A stretch of 64,000 nt of DNA from an uncultured Alphaproteobacteria bacterium (GCA_963782555.1 CAWAKB010000002.1:28308-92307), one strand, 5' to 3'. Positions 44,594-53,817 are shown, counted from the first letter of the stretch. Translations and numbers: made by a program. Notes: a model not told the origin generated them from the letters alone.

Positions 44594-45562
44594 ATGAAAC
44601 CGCCCGTCGACTACATCTTCCCTCCGGTCGAAACGGGCCGCGTTCCCTACTGGCGGCTCGTCTTGCGCGGCTGCTCGCAGCTTTGCTTTCAGAGCAACGA
44701 GCTGACGGGCTTGTTGTTCCTGGCGGCGGTTTTCGTCGCTTCACCGATCAGCGCGGCCTACTTGCTTGTTGCCGGCATCCTAGCGCCGGCCGGACGCATG
44801 CTGTTCGGCGAGCCCAAGGATATCGTGGAGAGCGGTCTGCCTAGCCTCAACCCGGGCCTAATCGCGCTGGCCCTGCCGGCCTTCTTTCATACCGGGTGGT
44901 CGAACGTCGGCATGTGGGGCGTGCTCGTCGCCGGCATCGTCGTCACTAGCCTGCTGGTGAGCCTGCTGCTGACGTTCGTACCGTTTCCGATCTCGGCGTT
45001 TCCGTTCCTGCTTGTCTTCTGGGCGCTTTCCGCGCTCGCCCCGCACACAGATGTCTTGCAGCCGATAACTCACACGCCGATCGACTTTACATTTCATCCA
45101 CTCGTTGCCGTATTGCGCAGTCTCGGCCAAGCACTGTTCTCACCCAGCATCTGGTCGGGCGTTCTGTTTCTCATCGGCGTACTGCTGAGCAACTGGCGCC
45201 ACGGCGTCATCGCTCTCATGGGCGCCGTGATCGGCACGCTGGTCTCCTACTATTACCGCGACGTCGATGCTGGGAGCGTCAATCTAGGCCTCTATGGGTT
45301 CAACGGTGTCCTGAGCGCCGTATCGGTCTTCGTCATTTGCGGCGGCCAGTTGCGGCTCGCCATCCTCGGCGCGCTTATCGCCACCATCCTAACACCGGCG
45401 ATTGCCGACCTCGGCCTGCTGACGCTCGCAGCGCCATTTGTCTTCACAGCCTGGCTCATGCTCGCCCTAGGCTGGGTCGGAGACAATTGGTTCGATGAGC
45501 CGCCCGCACGTGTTGCAGCGGCGGATGCTGCCACACAACCTTCGCATAGCCGAGGAGAGTGA
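44594..45562 (+). CDS. Urea transporter (UT) family protein
   Basis: LRGCSQLCFQSN and LRSLGQALFSP internal repeats, LGLYGFNGVL; multi-TM. Confidence 0.85.
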   Translation: MKPPVDYIFPPVETGRVPYWRLVLRGCSQLCFQSNELTGLLFLAAVFVASPISAAYLLVAGILAPAGRMLFGEPKDIVESGLPSLNPGLIALALPAFFHTGWSNVGMWGVLVAGIVVTSLLVSLLLTFVPFPISAFPFLLVFWALSALAPHTDVLQPITHTPIDFTFHPLVAVLRSLGQALFSPSIWSGVLFLIGVLLSNWRHGVIALMGAVIGTLVSYYYRDVDAGSVNLGLYGFNGVLSAVSVFVICGGQLRLAILGALIATILTPAIADLGLLTLAAPFVFTAWLMLALGWVGDNWFDEPPARVAAADAATQPSHSRGE

Positions 45563-45565
45563 TCC

Positions 45566-45934
45566 ATGTCCGAACAGGCCGCTTCGATCGTGCTGCCCGC
45601 TCTTATGGAGTACGCGACCAAGCTGCGTCATACCGAAGGCTGGGAGCAGTTCCGTCCGGGCGTGACCGCACGCTGGTTGTACGGAGACTTTCATGCCGGA
45701 CCCTCGGCGGTGCTGCTGCGCTACGAGCCCGGTGCGCGCGTCGCCGAGCACGAACACGTCGGCTACGAGCACATGCTCGTCCTCGACGGCGACCAGTTCG
45801 ACGAGCACGGCACGTACCCAGCCGGCAGCTTCGTCATCAATCCGCCTGGCACGCGGCACTCTCCGGGCAGCAAGAGTGGCTGCGTCGCGCTTCTGATCTA
45901 TGAGAAGCCCGTACGCTTCGTCGCGCCAGAATAG
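45566..45934 (+). CDS. ChrR-like cupin protein
   Basis: LLRYEPGARVAEHEHVGYEHMLVLDG, NPPGTRHSP. Confidence 0.85.
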   Translation: MSEQAASIVLPALMEYATKLRHTEGWEQFRPGVTARWLYGDFHAGPSAVLLRYEPGARVAEHEHVGYEHMLVLDGDQFDEHGTYPAGSFVINPPGTRHSPGSKSGCVALLIYEKPVRFVAPE

Positions 45935-46079
45935 TCTTGAGGCGCTCAAGTTCGAGCCCAATCTAGGGGTCTAGCTCGAGGGCTTGGGACTACTCGCGAA
46001 GCTCGGCTTCGAGGCCTTCCAACGCACCACTTGGGTGCGCCAGAAGGAACTAACTTCGTTACCTCGTATCGGCTGTCAA

Positions 46080-46385
46080 TCAGGCAGCCTTTGTCTCGGC
46101 CGGGTCGTCGCGGATGATGACCGTGCTGACGACCGGAAAAATCTGATCGCCAGGCATGCCGACGCACCGCGCGTGCTCGCGGATCGATTGAGGATCGCGC
46201 GCCTCATAGATGCAGACCGTCCCGATGCGGCCGTTGGGCTCCTCGACCACATAGCTGCGGATCCAGCGGACACGGTCGGGCAACTCCTCGTTGCCGATCC
46301 GGGCCGACTTGGCTCCGGCGGCTTCGAGCTCTTGCATATCCGCCCAGGCGCTCGGGCGGCGAACGCCGTAGAGATCCAAGCGCAC
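46080..46385 (-). CDS. DUF4242 family protein, copy 2 (TTG where copy 1 has ATG)
   Basis: WIRSYV, GTVCIYEA, IREHARCVGMP; near-identical to 46781-47080. Confidence 0.75.
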   Translation of the reverse strand: MRLDLYGVRRPSAWADMQELEAAGAKSARIGNEELPDRVRWIRSYVVEEPNGRIGTVCIYEARDPQSIREHARCVGMPGDQIFPVVSTVIIRDDPAETKAA

Positions 46386-46460
46386 CTACATGAACGCCTC
46401 TGGAACCGGCAGCGTCGGGCCAAAAGCAGAAGCGCAGGTGGCCTCGCCAGCCGGCGCCGT

Positions 46461-46685
46461 CTATTGCCGACGCAGAAACTTGAGACCGGCCTCGGTCACC
46501 ACCACTTGATCGCCTTCGCCAGGCACGCCTCGGCGCTCGACGAAGCCACGGTCCGTCGCATCCTCCCACACTGTCAGTCGCGGGCAGGATGTGCGCCACA
46601 CCTCGATGACCTCGGAATAGGCGCGCGGCTCCTTTGCGACCCATTCGATGAGATCGCGCACGAGAGGATCAAGCGTGTCGGCCAT
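46461..46685 (-). CDS. Small conserved hypothetical protein (WRTSCPRL motif, winged-helix-like)
   Basis: GGAG SD; LIEWV...YSEVIEVWRTSCPRLTVWEDA...VTEAG. Confidence 0.75.
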   Translation of the reverse strand: MADTLDPLVRDLIEWVAKEPRAYSEVIEVWRTSCPRLTVWEDATDRGFVERRGVPGEGDQVVVTEAGLKFLRRQ

Positions 46686-46780
46686 CTGGACACTCCTGGC
46701 AACTTCGGCGAGCCGCGTACCAACGGCAGAATAGCGTCGAAGTGTCGCTCAGAATTGGACAGGCCGTGGCCGGCTTTCAA

Positions 46781-47080
46781 TCAGGCGGCCTTTGTCTCGG
46801 CCGGGTCGTCGCGGATGATGACCGTGCTGACGACCGGGAAAATCTGGTCGCCCGGCATGCCGACGCGCCGCGCATGCGCACGGATCAATTCGGGATCCCG
46901 CGCCTCATAGACGCAGAACGTCCCGATGCGGCCGTCCGGCTCCTCGACCACGTAGCTGCGGATCCAGCGGACCCGGTCGGGCATCTCCTCGTTGCCGATC
47001 CGGGCCGACTTGGCTCCGGCGGCTTCGAGCTCCTGCATATCCGCCCAGGCACTCGGGCGGCGAACGACGTAGAGATCCAT
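46781..47080 (-). CDS. DUF4242 family protein, copy 1
   Basis: AGGAG SD; WIRSYV, GTFCVYEA, IRAHARRVGMP. Confidence 0.85.
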   Translation of the reverse strand: MDLYVVRRPSAWADMQELEAAGAKSARIGNEEMPDRVRWIRSYVVEEPDGRIGTFCVYEARDPELIRAHARRVGMPGDQIFPVVSTVIIRDDPAETKAA

Positions 47081-47150
47081 GGCTGTGCTCCTATTTGAGT
47101 GAAATATAGGATTGAGCGCGGCGTGCTCGTTGCGCCCGGTGAATTCGGGA

Positions 47151-47981
47151 TCAGCTTCTCTTGGTGATCACCGCCTCGAGATATTCGCTGTGCACGACCA
47201 GCGTGCCGTCGGCGGCAACGTTGAACTGGTCGAGGAGAGCGTAGAGATCGGTCTCGAGCGCCTCGCGTGCCTCAGGATCGATCGCCGCGAATGCTTTGAG
47301 GACGGGACCATAGTACGTGCGGAAGATCTCGAGCCAATGCTCGGCCGACTTGTAGCGGAAGACGAAATTCCGGCTCTCCGCCGCGACGCTCGCCTTCGCG
47401 CCAAACAGGTCGTCGAGATACGCCCTCTTGCCCCACAGCGCCGGTGACTTCACGCCCGGTGCCGGCGGGACGTATTTCCCGATGGTCTTGAACACGTGGC
47501 CGATGAAGCCCTCCGGCGTCCAGTTGGCCAATCCGATCGTTCCGCCCGGGCGGCAGACGCGCATGAGCTCGCGCGCGGCCTGCGCCTGGTTCGCCGTGAA
47601 CATGACGCCGAAGGTCGAAAGGACGACATCAAAAGAGGCGTCCGGGAACGGAAGCGCCTCGGCGTCAGCTACCTCGAAGGCGACGGGCAAACGCTCGGCT
47701 GCGGCCCGCACGCGCGCGCGAGTGAGCAGCGCGCCGATGTAGTCCGTCGACACCACGTCGGCGAAGCGCCGCGCCGCGGCGAGCGTCGCATTGCCGTTGC
47801 CGGCGGCGACGTCGAGGACGCGTTGGCCCGCGCGCAGATCGACGGCCTCGCACAACGTCTCGCCGACGATCTGCACGGTGGTGCCGATAATGGCATAGTC
47901 GCCGGAGCTCCAGGCGGCCCGCTGGCGCGCTTTAGTGGCGGCGAGATTCATGGTGGTGGGGGTGGCCATTTGAACGTTCAT
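47151..47981 (-). CDS. Class I SAM-dependent methyltransferase
   Basis: WSSGDY, VLDVAAGNG, DAEALPFPDASFDVVLSTFG, PGGTIGLANWTPEG. Confidence 0.92.
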   Translation of the reverse strand: MNVQMATPTTMNLAATKARQRAAWSSGDYAIIGTTVQIVGETLCEAVDLRAGQRVLDVAAGNGNATLAAARRFADVVSTDYIGALLTRARVRAAAERLPVAFEVADAEALPFPDASFDVVLSTFGVMFTANQAQAARELMRVCRPGGTIGLANWTPEGFIGHVFKTIGKYVPPAPGVKSPALWGKRAYLDDLFGAKASVAAESRNFVFRYKSAEHWLEIFRTYYGPVLKAFAAIDPEAREALETDLYALLDQFNVAADGTLVVHSEYLEAVITKRS

Positions 47982-48151
47982 TGGTCTCGTCCTTCGTTGC
48001 GCGCTTGTGCTTTCCCGAGTGCGATGGCCGGGACAAAACCGGCCATCTCGCTGAGCGCGTTATGGCCTTCGCGCCGGCTAGAGCGTGAGTCACGCCCATC
48101 CACTTCGATGTCGCTGTGGGTCAACGCGGATCGGGGCGCGCCGTACGCGAA

Positions 48152-48174
48152 ATGGCCGGGACGAGCCCGGCCAT
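48152..48174 (-). terminator. Terminator-like hairpin after the large secreted protein; similar hairpins at 49349-49371, 49874-49896 and 48024-48046
   Basis: ATGGCCGGG-loop-CCCGGCCAT followed by TTTCG on the minus strand. Confidence 0.65.
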
Positions 48175-48197
48175 CGCGTCGTTCTTGGATCCACGGC

Positions 48198-49170
48198 CTA
48201 ATACTGGGTCGTGGTCGAGGTTGTGGGGGGCGGCGCAGGACCGCCCTGGAACCCGTGCGCCACCCCGTGGCCGAAGTCGGAAATGCCTTTAATGACGTTA
48301 TCGACGCCCGAGGCGAACCCGGAGTCGAATTGGTCTGAGCAGCACGGTTTCCCTGGGGGTGGCGGCGGCGGCGGGGCGATGGCGACGGCCGCGCGGCCTT
48401 CGCCAATAACGGCTCCAACTTGAACGCTCTTGTCACCGCCGATGCCCTTGGCGCCGGAAATCGTCAGCGAGCCGCCAGACAACGTCTGCGAATTCGGAGC
48501 CGTTGGAGACGGTGATCGTGCCGGGACGGCTGGAGGACACGGTCACGCCGCCTGCGCCGTCGCGGATCTGCACCGTGTTCGCACCATTGGAGATGGTGAC
48601 CGTGCCCGGAGGCGGCGACGGGATGGGATGCACCGTATTCTCGGCGCCGGGGCCGGTCACGCTGCCAGGCGCCGCCGAACCGGTGTTGGCTTGGCCGTCG
48701 AGCCCCTTCCTTCCGGCGATGCCTTTGCCAAACACATACCCATCGGCCGTGGTGGCGGTGCCGGTCGTGGTGGTGGTGGTGCCGGTTGTCGTGGTGCCGG
48801 TCGTCTTGTCCTTGTCGGTCGTCTTCTCGGCCTGCTTTGCTTCCTTCTCCTTCATCTTCTCGGCGCGCTTTGCCTCCTTCTGCGCCTGCTTCTCAGCGCG
48901 CTTGGCCTCCCTCTCCGCCTTCTTCTCGGCGTGCTTGGAGTCCTTGTCCTTATGCTTGTCGGAGCTCTTGTCCTTGCGGACTTCGCGAAGCGAATGCTTG
49001 TCACTGCGATCGCGACCGGAGTCGCGGCTCTTCATCTGGTGGTCGGACCCGCGGTCGGAGCCGTGGTCGTGATTGCCGTGGGCGAGGGCGCTCCCGGCGG
49101 CGAGAAGCGTTCCGGCCGCAACCATTGCGGCAAGTCGGGTCAAAGAGGGGATCAGTCGAGGGGTGTTCAT
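48198..49170 (-). CDS. Secreted low-complexity protein (His/Lys/Thr/Pro-rich); frameshift near 48493
   Basis: Signal peptide MNTPRLIP...ALA; ORF 48433-49266 continues into 48198-48482 as NGSNSQTLSGGSLTISG. Confidence 0.75.
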
Positions 49171-49403
49171 GGCATAGTTCCTATGCTGGGGGAGCGAGCT
49201 GCTCCGCATCAAAAGCGGCTCCGTAGCGCGCGTTATGCGGCCCGCGCCCGCCAAAGCGTGAGTCACGCTCGTCCACTTCGATGTCGCTGTCAGTCAATGC
49301 GGATCGGCCCGGCCCTGCGAGCAGATGCGTGCCGGAGCCCCAAACGAAATGGCCGGGGCGAGCCCGGCCATCTCACGTTTGCGGTCGCTGCGATCCCAGG
49401 TTT

Positions 49404-49694
49404 CTACTGCAGGCTCGAGGGGCGTTGGTGCGGGTTGCCGCCACCGCGGCTTGGTACCACAGTATCGGGGATTATGACCGCGTTCGGGGGCGGCGACACG
49501 ATCGAATGACCGGTATACGCGACGCCGGGGCCAGTCGCGGTGCCGGGAGCCTGAGTCGCCCTGATGCGGGAGTGCATCGGGCCAACGACGCCTCTGCCCT
49601 TGGCCAGGGCGGCGTCGGCGACGATGAGTATCGTACCCGCCGCAACCATTGCGGCAAGTCGGGTCACATAGGGGATCAGTCTAGGGGTGTTCAT
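49404..49694 (-). CDS. Small secreted protein paralogous to 48198-49170
   Basis: Same signal peptide; shared APG..TGPG...T.H.I.SPPP..V.I motif. Confidence 0.75.
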   Translation of the reverse strand: MNTPRLIPYVTRLAAMVAAGTILIVADAALAKGRGVVGPMHSRIRATQAPGTATGPGVAYTGHSIVSPPPNAVIIPDTVVPSRGGGNPHQRPSSLQ

Positions 49695-50013
49695 GGGCTT
49701 AGTTCCTGTGCTGGGGGAGCGGGTTGCTCCGCATCAAAAGTGGCTCCGGTGCGCGCGTTATGCGGCCCGCGCCGGCCCAAGCGTGAGTCACGCTCGTCCA
49801 CTTCAATGTCGCTGTCGGTCAATGCGCAGCGGGGCGGCCCTGCGAGCAGATGCGTGCCGGAGCCCCAAACGAAATGGCCGGGGCGAGCCCGGCCATCTTG
49901 TTTTTTGTCGGTCGCGGCGAACCGCATCGAGCGCTTTCGGCGTTTCTCAGCCACAAGTCCCTTATTCCGACTGGCGTGCGTCGCAAATTCCTTCCGGTGA
50001 ACTTGAGAGATCA

Positions 50014-50142
50014 CTACGCATTCAGAACGACGAAGACGCCGATGCCTATTGCCGGACCCACTAAGGTGGCCAGAACAATCATTGCAAATGACCTGAGCAC
50101 CGAGCCAAAGCGGCCGTCTTGGTTCTGTGTCACGGCGAGCAT
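50014..50142 (-). CDS. 42-aa membrane peptide
   Basis: ATG follows the repeated TAGGAAC SD; single hydrophobic segment. Confidence 0.5.
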   Translation of the reverse strand: MLAVTQNQDGRFGSVLRSFAMIVLATLVGPAIGIGVFVVLNA

Positions 50143-50310
50143 CTGGGCCTTGTTCCTATGCTGGGGGAGCGAACCGCTCTCTTGAAAGAGCGAATCTGCA
50201 GCGCGCGTTATGCGGCCCACGCGCGGGCAAGCGTGAGTCGCGCTCGGCCACTTCAATGTCGCTGTCAGTCAGTGCTGATCAGCGTCGTCGATCTTTGGAG
50301 AACGGCCCTG

Positions 50311-51387
50311 CTACCGGCTAAAGTGATGAGCCCGTGTGGCGGCGGCGCGCACGCCTGTCGGCGTATCCCCGAAACGGGTGCGAAAGGCGCGGTGGAAGTA
50401 AGAAGTGTCTGCAAAGCCGGCGCGGTGCGCGATATCGGCCACCTTCAGCGCGGCGTAGCCCGTATTCGTCAGCATCTCGAGCGCCTCGAGGAGGCGCCGC
50501 TCGAGCACGTGCTCATAGAACGTCTTGGTCGTCTCCTCGAGCAGACGGTGAACCTGACGTCCCGTAATGCCGAGCTTAAGCCCGACACCCTCGGCCGAGA
50601 GGCCCGGGGAGGCGAAATCACGCTCGATCGCCTTCAATATCGCCGCGGTTCGCGCGGCCTTGAGCCCGCGGCCCTTGATGAGCTCGAGGCAATTGCGATC
50701 GGCGCCGACGATAAGCATCAGAAGATCCACCAGGTGCGTGCCGAAGGCCTCACGCACGTCCGGGTCTGGGCTGCCGGCCACGATCGCGAACGAATTGAGG
50801 TATTGCACCATGAGCTGCATCGCGGGCAGCTCGGCGGGAATACTCATCGGCGTTAGGTCGCGCCCCCGAGCCAAGCCGCTTTTGAGACGGCCAATCGGCA
50901 CTTTGATGCCCCACACCTCGAACGGCGAGACAGCCTCGCATCCGCCGGGGAAGGAGCCGTCATAGAGGAAGCCGTTCCCGGGCCGGAACTCGTGGAGGAT
51001 GCCGGCTTGCCCGTTCGTGGGACCGTGGGTCCGCCCCACAAACAAGGTCAACGCGTCATCGCAATCGGAGACGTGACGCCGCGTTCGCGCATAGACCGAC
51101 GCCGGGGCGGCGATCCTCGAGACGCCGACGCTTCCGGCCTTGAGCAGCTCGATGCTGCCATCGAACATGCCTTCTGCACGGTTCGCAACGTCGACTTGGA
51201 AGAGGTATTGCCTGAAATTCTCTCGAAAAACCTCAAATCGGTCGCGTTCCGGAAGGGCGTGCGTCGTCAACCGCAGACGATGGGGCGCCTCGGCCCCTGT
51301 CGCCTGCGGAGAACAAAGTGCCTCTTCGGGGGCGCCAGGTCGACGCGTGCTCATGCCATTCCGGTTGTCGGCACTGAAGCTGGTCAT
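50311..51387 (-). CDS. AraC family transcriptional regulator
   Basis: LPERDRFEVFRE N-terminus; C-terminal HTH ITGRQVHRL...IAHRAGFADTSYFHRAFRTRFGDTP. Confidence 0.92.
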   Translation of the reverse strand: MTSFSADNRNGMSTRRPGAPEEALCSPQATGAEAPHRLRLTTHALPERDRFEVFRENFRQYLFQVDVANRAEGMFDGSIELLKAGSVGVSRIAAPASVYARTRRHVSDCDDALTLFVGRTHGPTNGQAGILHEFRPGNGFLYDGSFPGGCEAVSPFEVWGIKVPIGRLKSGLARGRDLTPMSIPAELPAMQLMVQYLNSFAIVAGSPDPDVREAFGTHLVDLLMLIVGADRNCLELIKGRGLKAARTAAILKAIERDFASPGLSAEGVGLKLGITGRQVHRLLEETTKTFYEHVLERRLLEALEMLTNTGYAALKVADIAHRAGFADTSYFHRAFRTRFGDTPTGVRAAATRAHHFSR

Positions 51388-51509
51388 AGGTCATCTAGGT
51401 TGCTCGCAGGCATCGCAATCCTGCGAAGGGGCTAAGACCTCGCGCTCGCGCAATCGCGAGACATGCCTTGAGGTCGGCCGGACACTGACGACGTCGTGAT
51501 CGCCCGGCG

Positions 51510-51525
51510 TCCCCCGATCGGGGGA
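51510..51525. promoter_or_regulatory. Perfect 16-bp palindrome, candidate operator upstream of araC
   Basis: TCCCCCGATCGGGGGA. Confidence 0.55.
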
Positions 51526-51558
51526 GGCCGGTCGCGATGTCTGGTCACATGTCCGGGA

Positions 51559-52695
51559 TCAGTCCGTGAATGGATTGGAGAAGCCGGCGACGAGCTTGAC
51601 GAGATCGGCCTGCCGGCTTGCGCCCGTCTTGTGGTAGAGGCGCTTGAGGTGGGTTTTGACGGTGCTTTCGGCGACGCCGAGGGCTTCCGCCACATCCGGC
51701 GCGCCACCGACCTCGACGACGGCTAGCAGGACTTGCAGCTCGGTCGGGGTCAACTTGTACGTTCGCCCGATGGCGTCGGCAGACGACGGCGGCTGCAATG
51801 CCGCTTTGCGGACGAACACGGCTGCGGCGGCCGTGTAGGCGGTACCGGCGCGGCGACGTTCGCCAGAGTTTAGCGGGAGCACATGCGCGACGTAGCGATC
51901 GCCATCGCGCGCGGTGAGCGGGAATGCGATCCCCTTGATGCCGAGTGCGGCGTCGCCCTTGCCGGCAAGGGTGAAGATATCGCGCAGGGCCTGGTTGACC
52001 CGCGCATCGCCGGTCACGAGGAAGCCTCCGAATACATGGAGGATGTCGTTGCCGGCCAGGATATCGCGCGCCGCCCTGTTGGCATGGACGACCCGGCCTC
52101 TGGCATCCACGAGGAACAGACCCGCGCTCAGTCCGTCGAGCGTCTCTGCCAACATTGCCGCTTGCGCATCCTTGAGATCGACCGACTTTCCGATCAGCGC
52201 CGCCCGGCGCACATGCGGTACGACGAGCGCCAATCGCCGGCGCATCTCCTCGTCGACCATACCGCCGGCCTTATTCGTGACAACTCTGAGAAGCGTATTA
52301 CTGTTTGCCGATTTCTCCAGCACTGCGCTTGCGGCGTCGACCCAACCCTGAGGCCTTGCCCATTCCTGATAGAAGCGCCCCTTAAGATAGTCATCGTAGG
52401 GCACCAGATCGGGGACGCTCGCGACCTGCTCGGGGTCGAACAGCGGCGCCGTCGCGAGGGGATCGAATTTCGAATATGTCTCGGAATAGACCTTGATGTA
52501 GTGCGGGTCGAAGGCGGCATCGTAGAAGACGTTGACGTTTCTGCTCGTGGTGTCTTTCAGGGCAAGGCCGCCGGCCTGACCGCCGACGAGCGAGACGATC
52601 CTCGCGACAACGCCGGTCCATAGTGTGGGATCGAGCGCCGCATCGTAGATGTCGACGACGACCTGGGTTAGCCCTCGATACTCATCCTCGCGCAT
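51559..52695 (-). CDS. LuxR-family HTH regulator with PAS-like central domain
   Basis: IYDAALDPTLW, LFLVDARGRVVHAN, LTPTELQVL...STVKTHLKRLYHKTGASRQADLV. Confidence 0.9.
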   Translation of the reverse strand: MREDEYRGLTQVVVDIYDAALDPTLWTGVVARIVSLVGGQAGGLALKDTTSRNVNVFYDAAFDPHYIKVYSETYSKFDPLATAPLFDPEQVASVPDLVPYDDYLKGRFYQEWARPQGWVDAASAVLEKSANSNTLLRVVTNKAGGMVDEEMRRRLALVVPHVRRAALIGKSVDLKDAQAAMLAETLDGLSAGLFLVDARGRVVHANRAARDILAGNDILHVFGGFLVTGDARVNQALRDIFTLAGKGDAALGIKGIAFPLTARDGDRYVAHVLPLNSGERRRAGTAYTAAAAVFVRKAALQPPSSADAIGRTYKLTPTELQVLLAVVEVGGAPDVAEALGVAESTVKTHLKRLYHKTGASRQADLVKLVAGFSNPFTD

Positions 52696-52942
52696 GGGGC
52701 TCACCCAAGAAACGGGCTTCAAGCTCGACACTCATCATCCCAACCGCGAAAATGAGCGCCGGGACGTCGCTATTGATCCAGTTGGCAAAAGCGTCCAACT
52801 CTATTTGGGTGCAGCGGGCCCGTACAGGACCGTTTATATGACGCCTTCTTAAGGCCTCGTCGTAAATAGGCTGTGCCCCTGGTAACTGCGCATTACTGGG
52901 CTTCAGCGTTGGCACGTGACCTGAGACCCTTCCTTCGTCCAA

Positions 52943-53817
52943 TCAGAGGGAGAGTCCTGGGTTAGTGTTTTGCCCATTGCCGGTCGTCGCGGCAAGGGCC
53001 AGGTGGTGGCTGCAGAACTCCTCCGGTGTCCGGTTGGCGAGCGCCGAATTGGGCCGTACACGATTGTAATCGTCGCGCCACGCGGCGAGCACCGCGCGGG
53101 CCTCGGCGAGCGACGAGAAGACCGACTCGTTCAGGCACTCATCCCGGAGCCGGCCGTTGAAACTCTCGACAAACGCGTTCTGTTGCGGCTTGCCCGGCTG
53201 GATGTAGTGCCAGTCGACGCCCGTTCCCTTGCTCCAGGCCAGGATTGCCATGCTGGTGAGTTCGGTGCCGTTGTCGGAAACGCACGTCATCGGCTTGCCT
53301 CGGACCGCAATGATGGCATGGAGCTCTCGCGCAACGCGCGAGCGCCCGAGAGCGAGGTATCTGCGACGAGCGCCAGGCATTCGCGCGTGCAGTCGTCGAC
53401 AACCGCAAGAGCGCGGAACCGGCGGCTGTCCGTGAATGTGTCTGAGACGAAATCCAACGACCAGCGCTCGTTCGGCCGCGACGGAAGAGCCAAGGGGGCA
53501 CGCAGCCCGAGAGCCCGCTTGCGGCCACCACGCTTCCTCACCTGCAAACCTTCCTCGCGGTAGAGCCGCCGGAACCGCTTCTGGTTCATTGCCAAGCCTT
53601 CTCTCTCCAGCAGGAAATGCAATCGCCGGTAGCCAAACCGGCGACGCACCTGCGCCAGCTCCCGAATGCGAAGCCGAACGGCAAAATCGTCCGGGCGCAG
53701 GCTCCGGTAGCGCACCGTCGACCGATCAAGACCTAAGGCTTGGCACGCCCGCCGCTCGCTCACCTCGTGTGTCGTGCACACGTGAACCACGACCTGCCGT
53801 TTAGCGGCGGGCGTCAC
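52943..53817 (-). CDS. IS3 transposase OrfB (DDE); extra frameshift near 53340
   Basis: [52 protein letters not shown]. Confidence 0.9.

Larger units (their letters stand above)
48054..50270 (-). repeat. Four dispersed copies of a conserved upstream element (about 48054-48125, 49161-49296, 49685-49821, 50151-50270)
   Basis: Shared + strand CGTTATG...AGCGTGAGTCACGCT...CCACTTCRATGTCGCTGT; copies 2 and 3 also share the signal-peptide coding DNA. Confidence 0.9.

Noticed and set aside
48054-50270. CRISPR array or integron cassette array
   Set aside because: Repeats are over 100 bp, irregularly spaced and separated by genes; no cas or integrase gene and no attC core sites recognised
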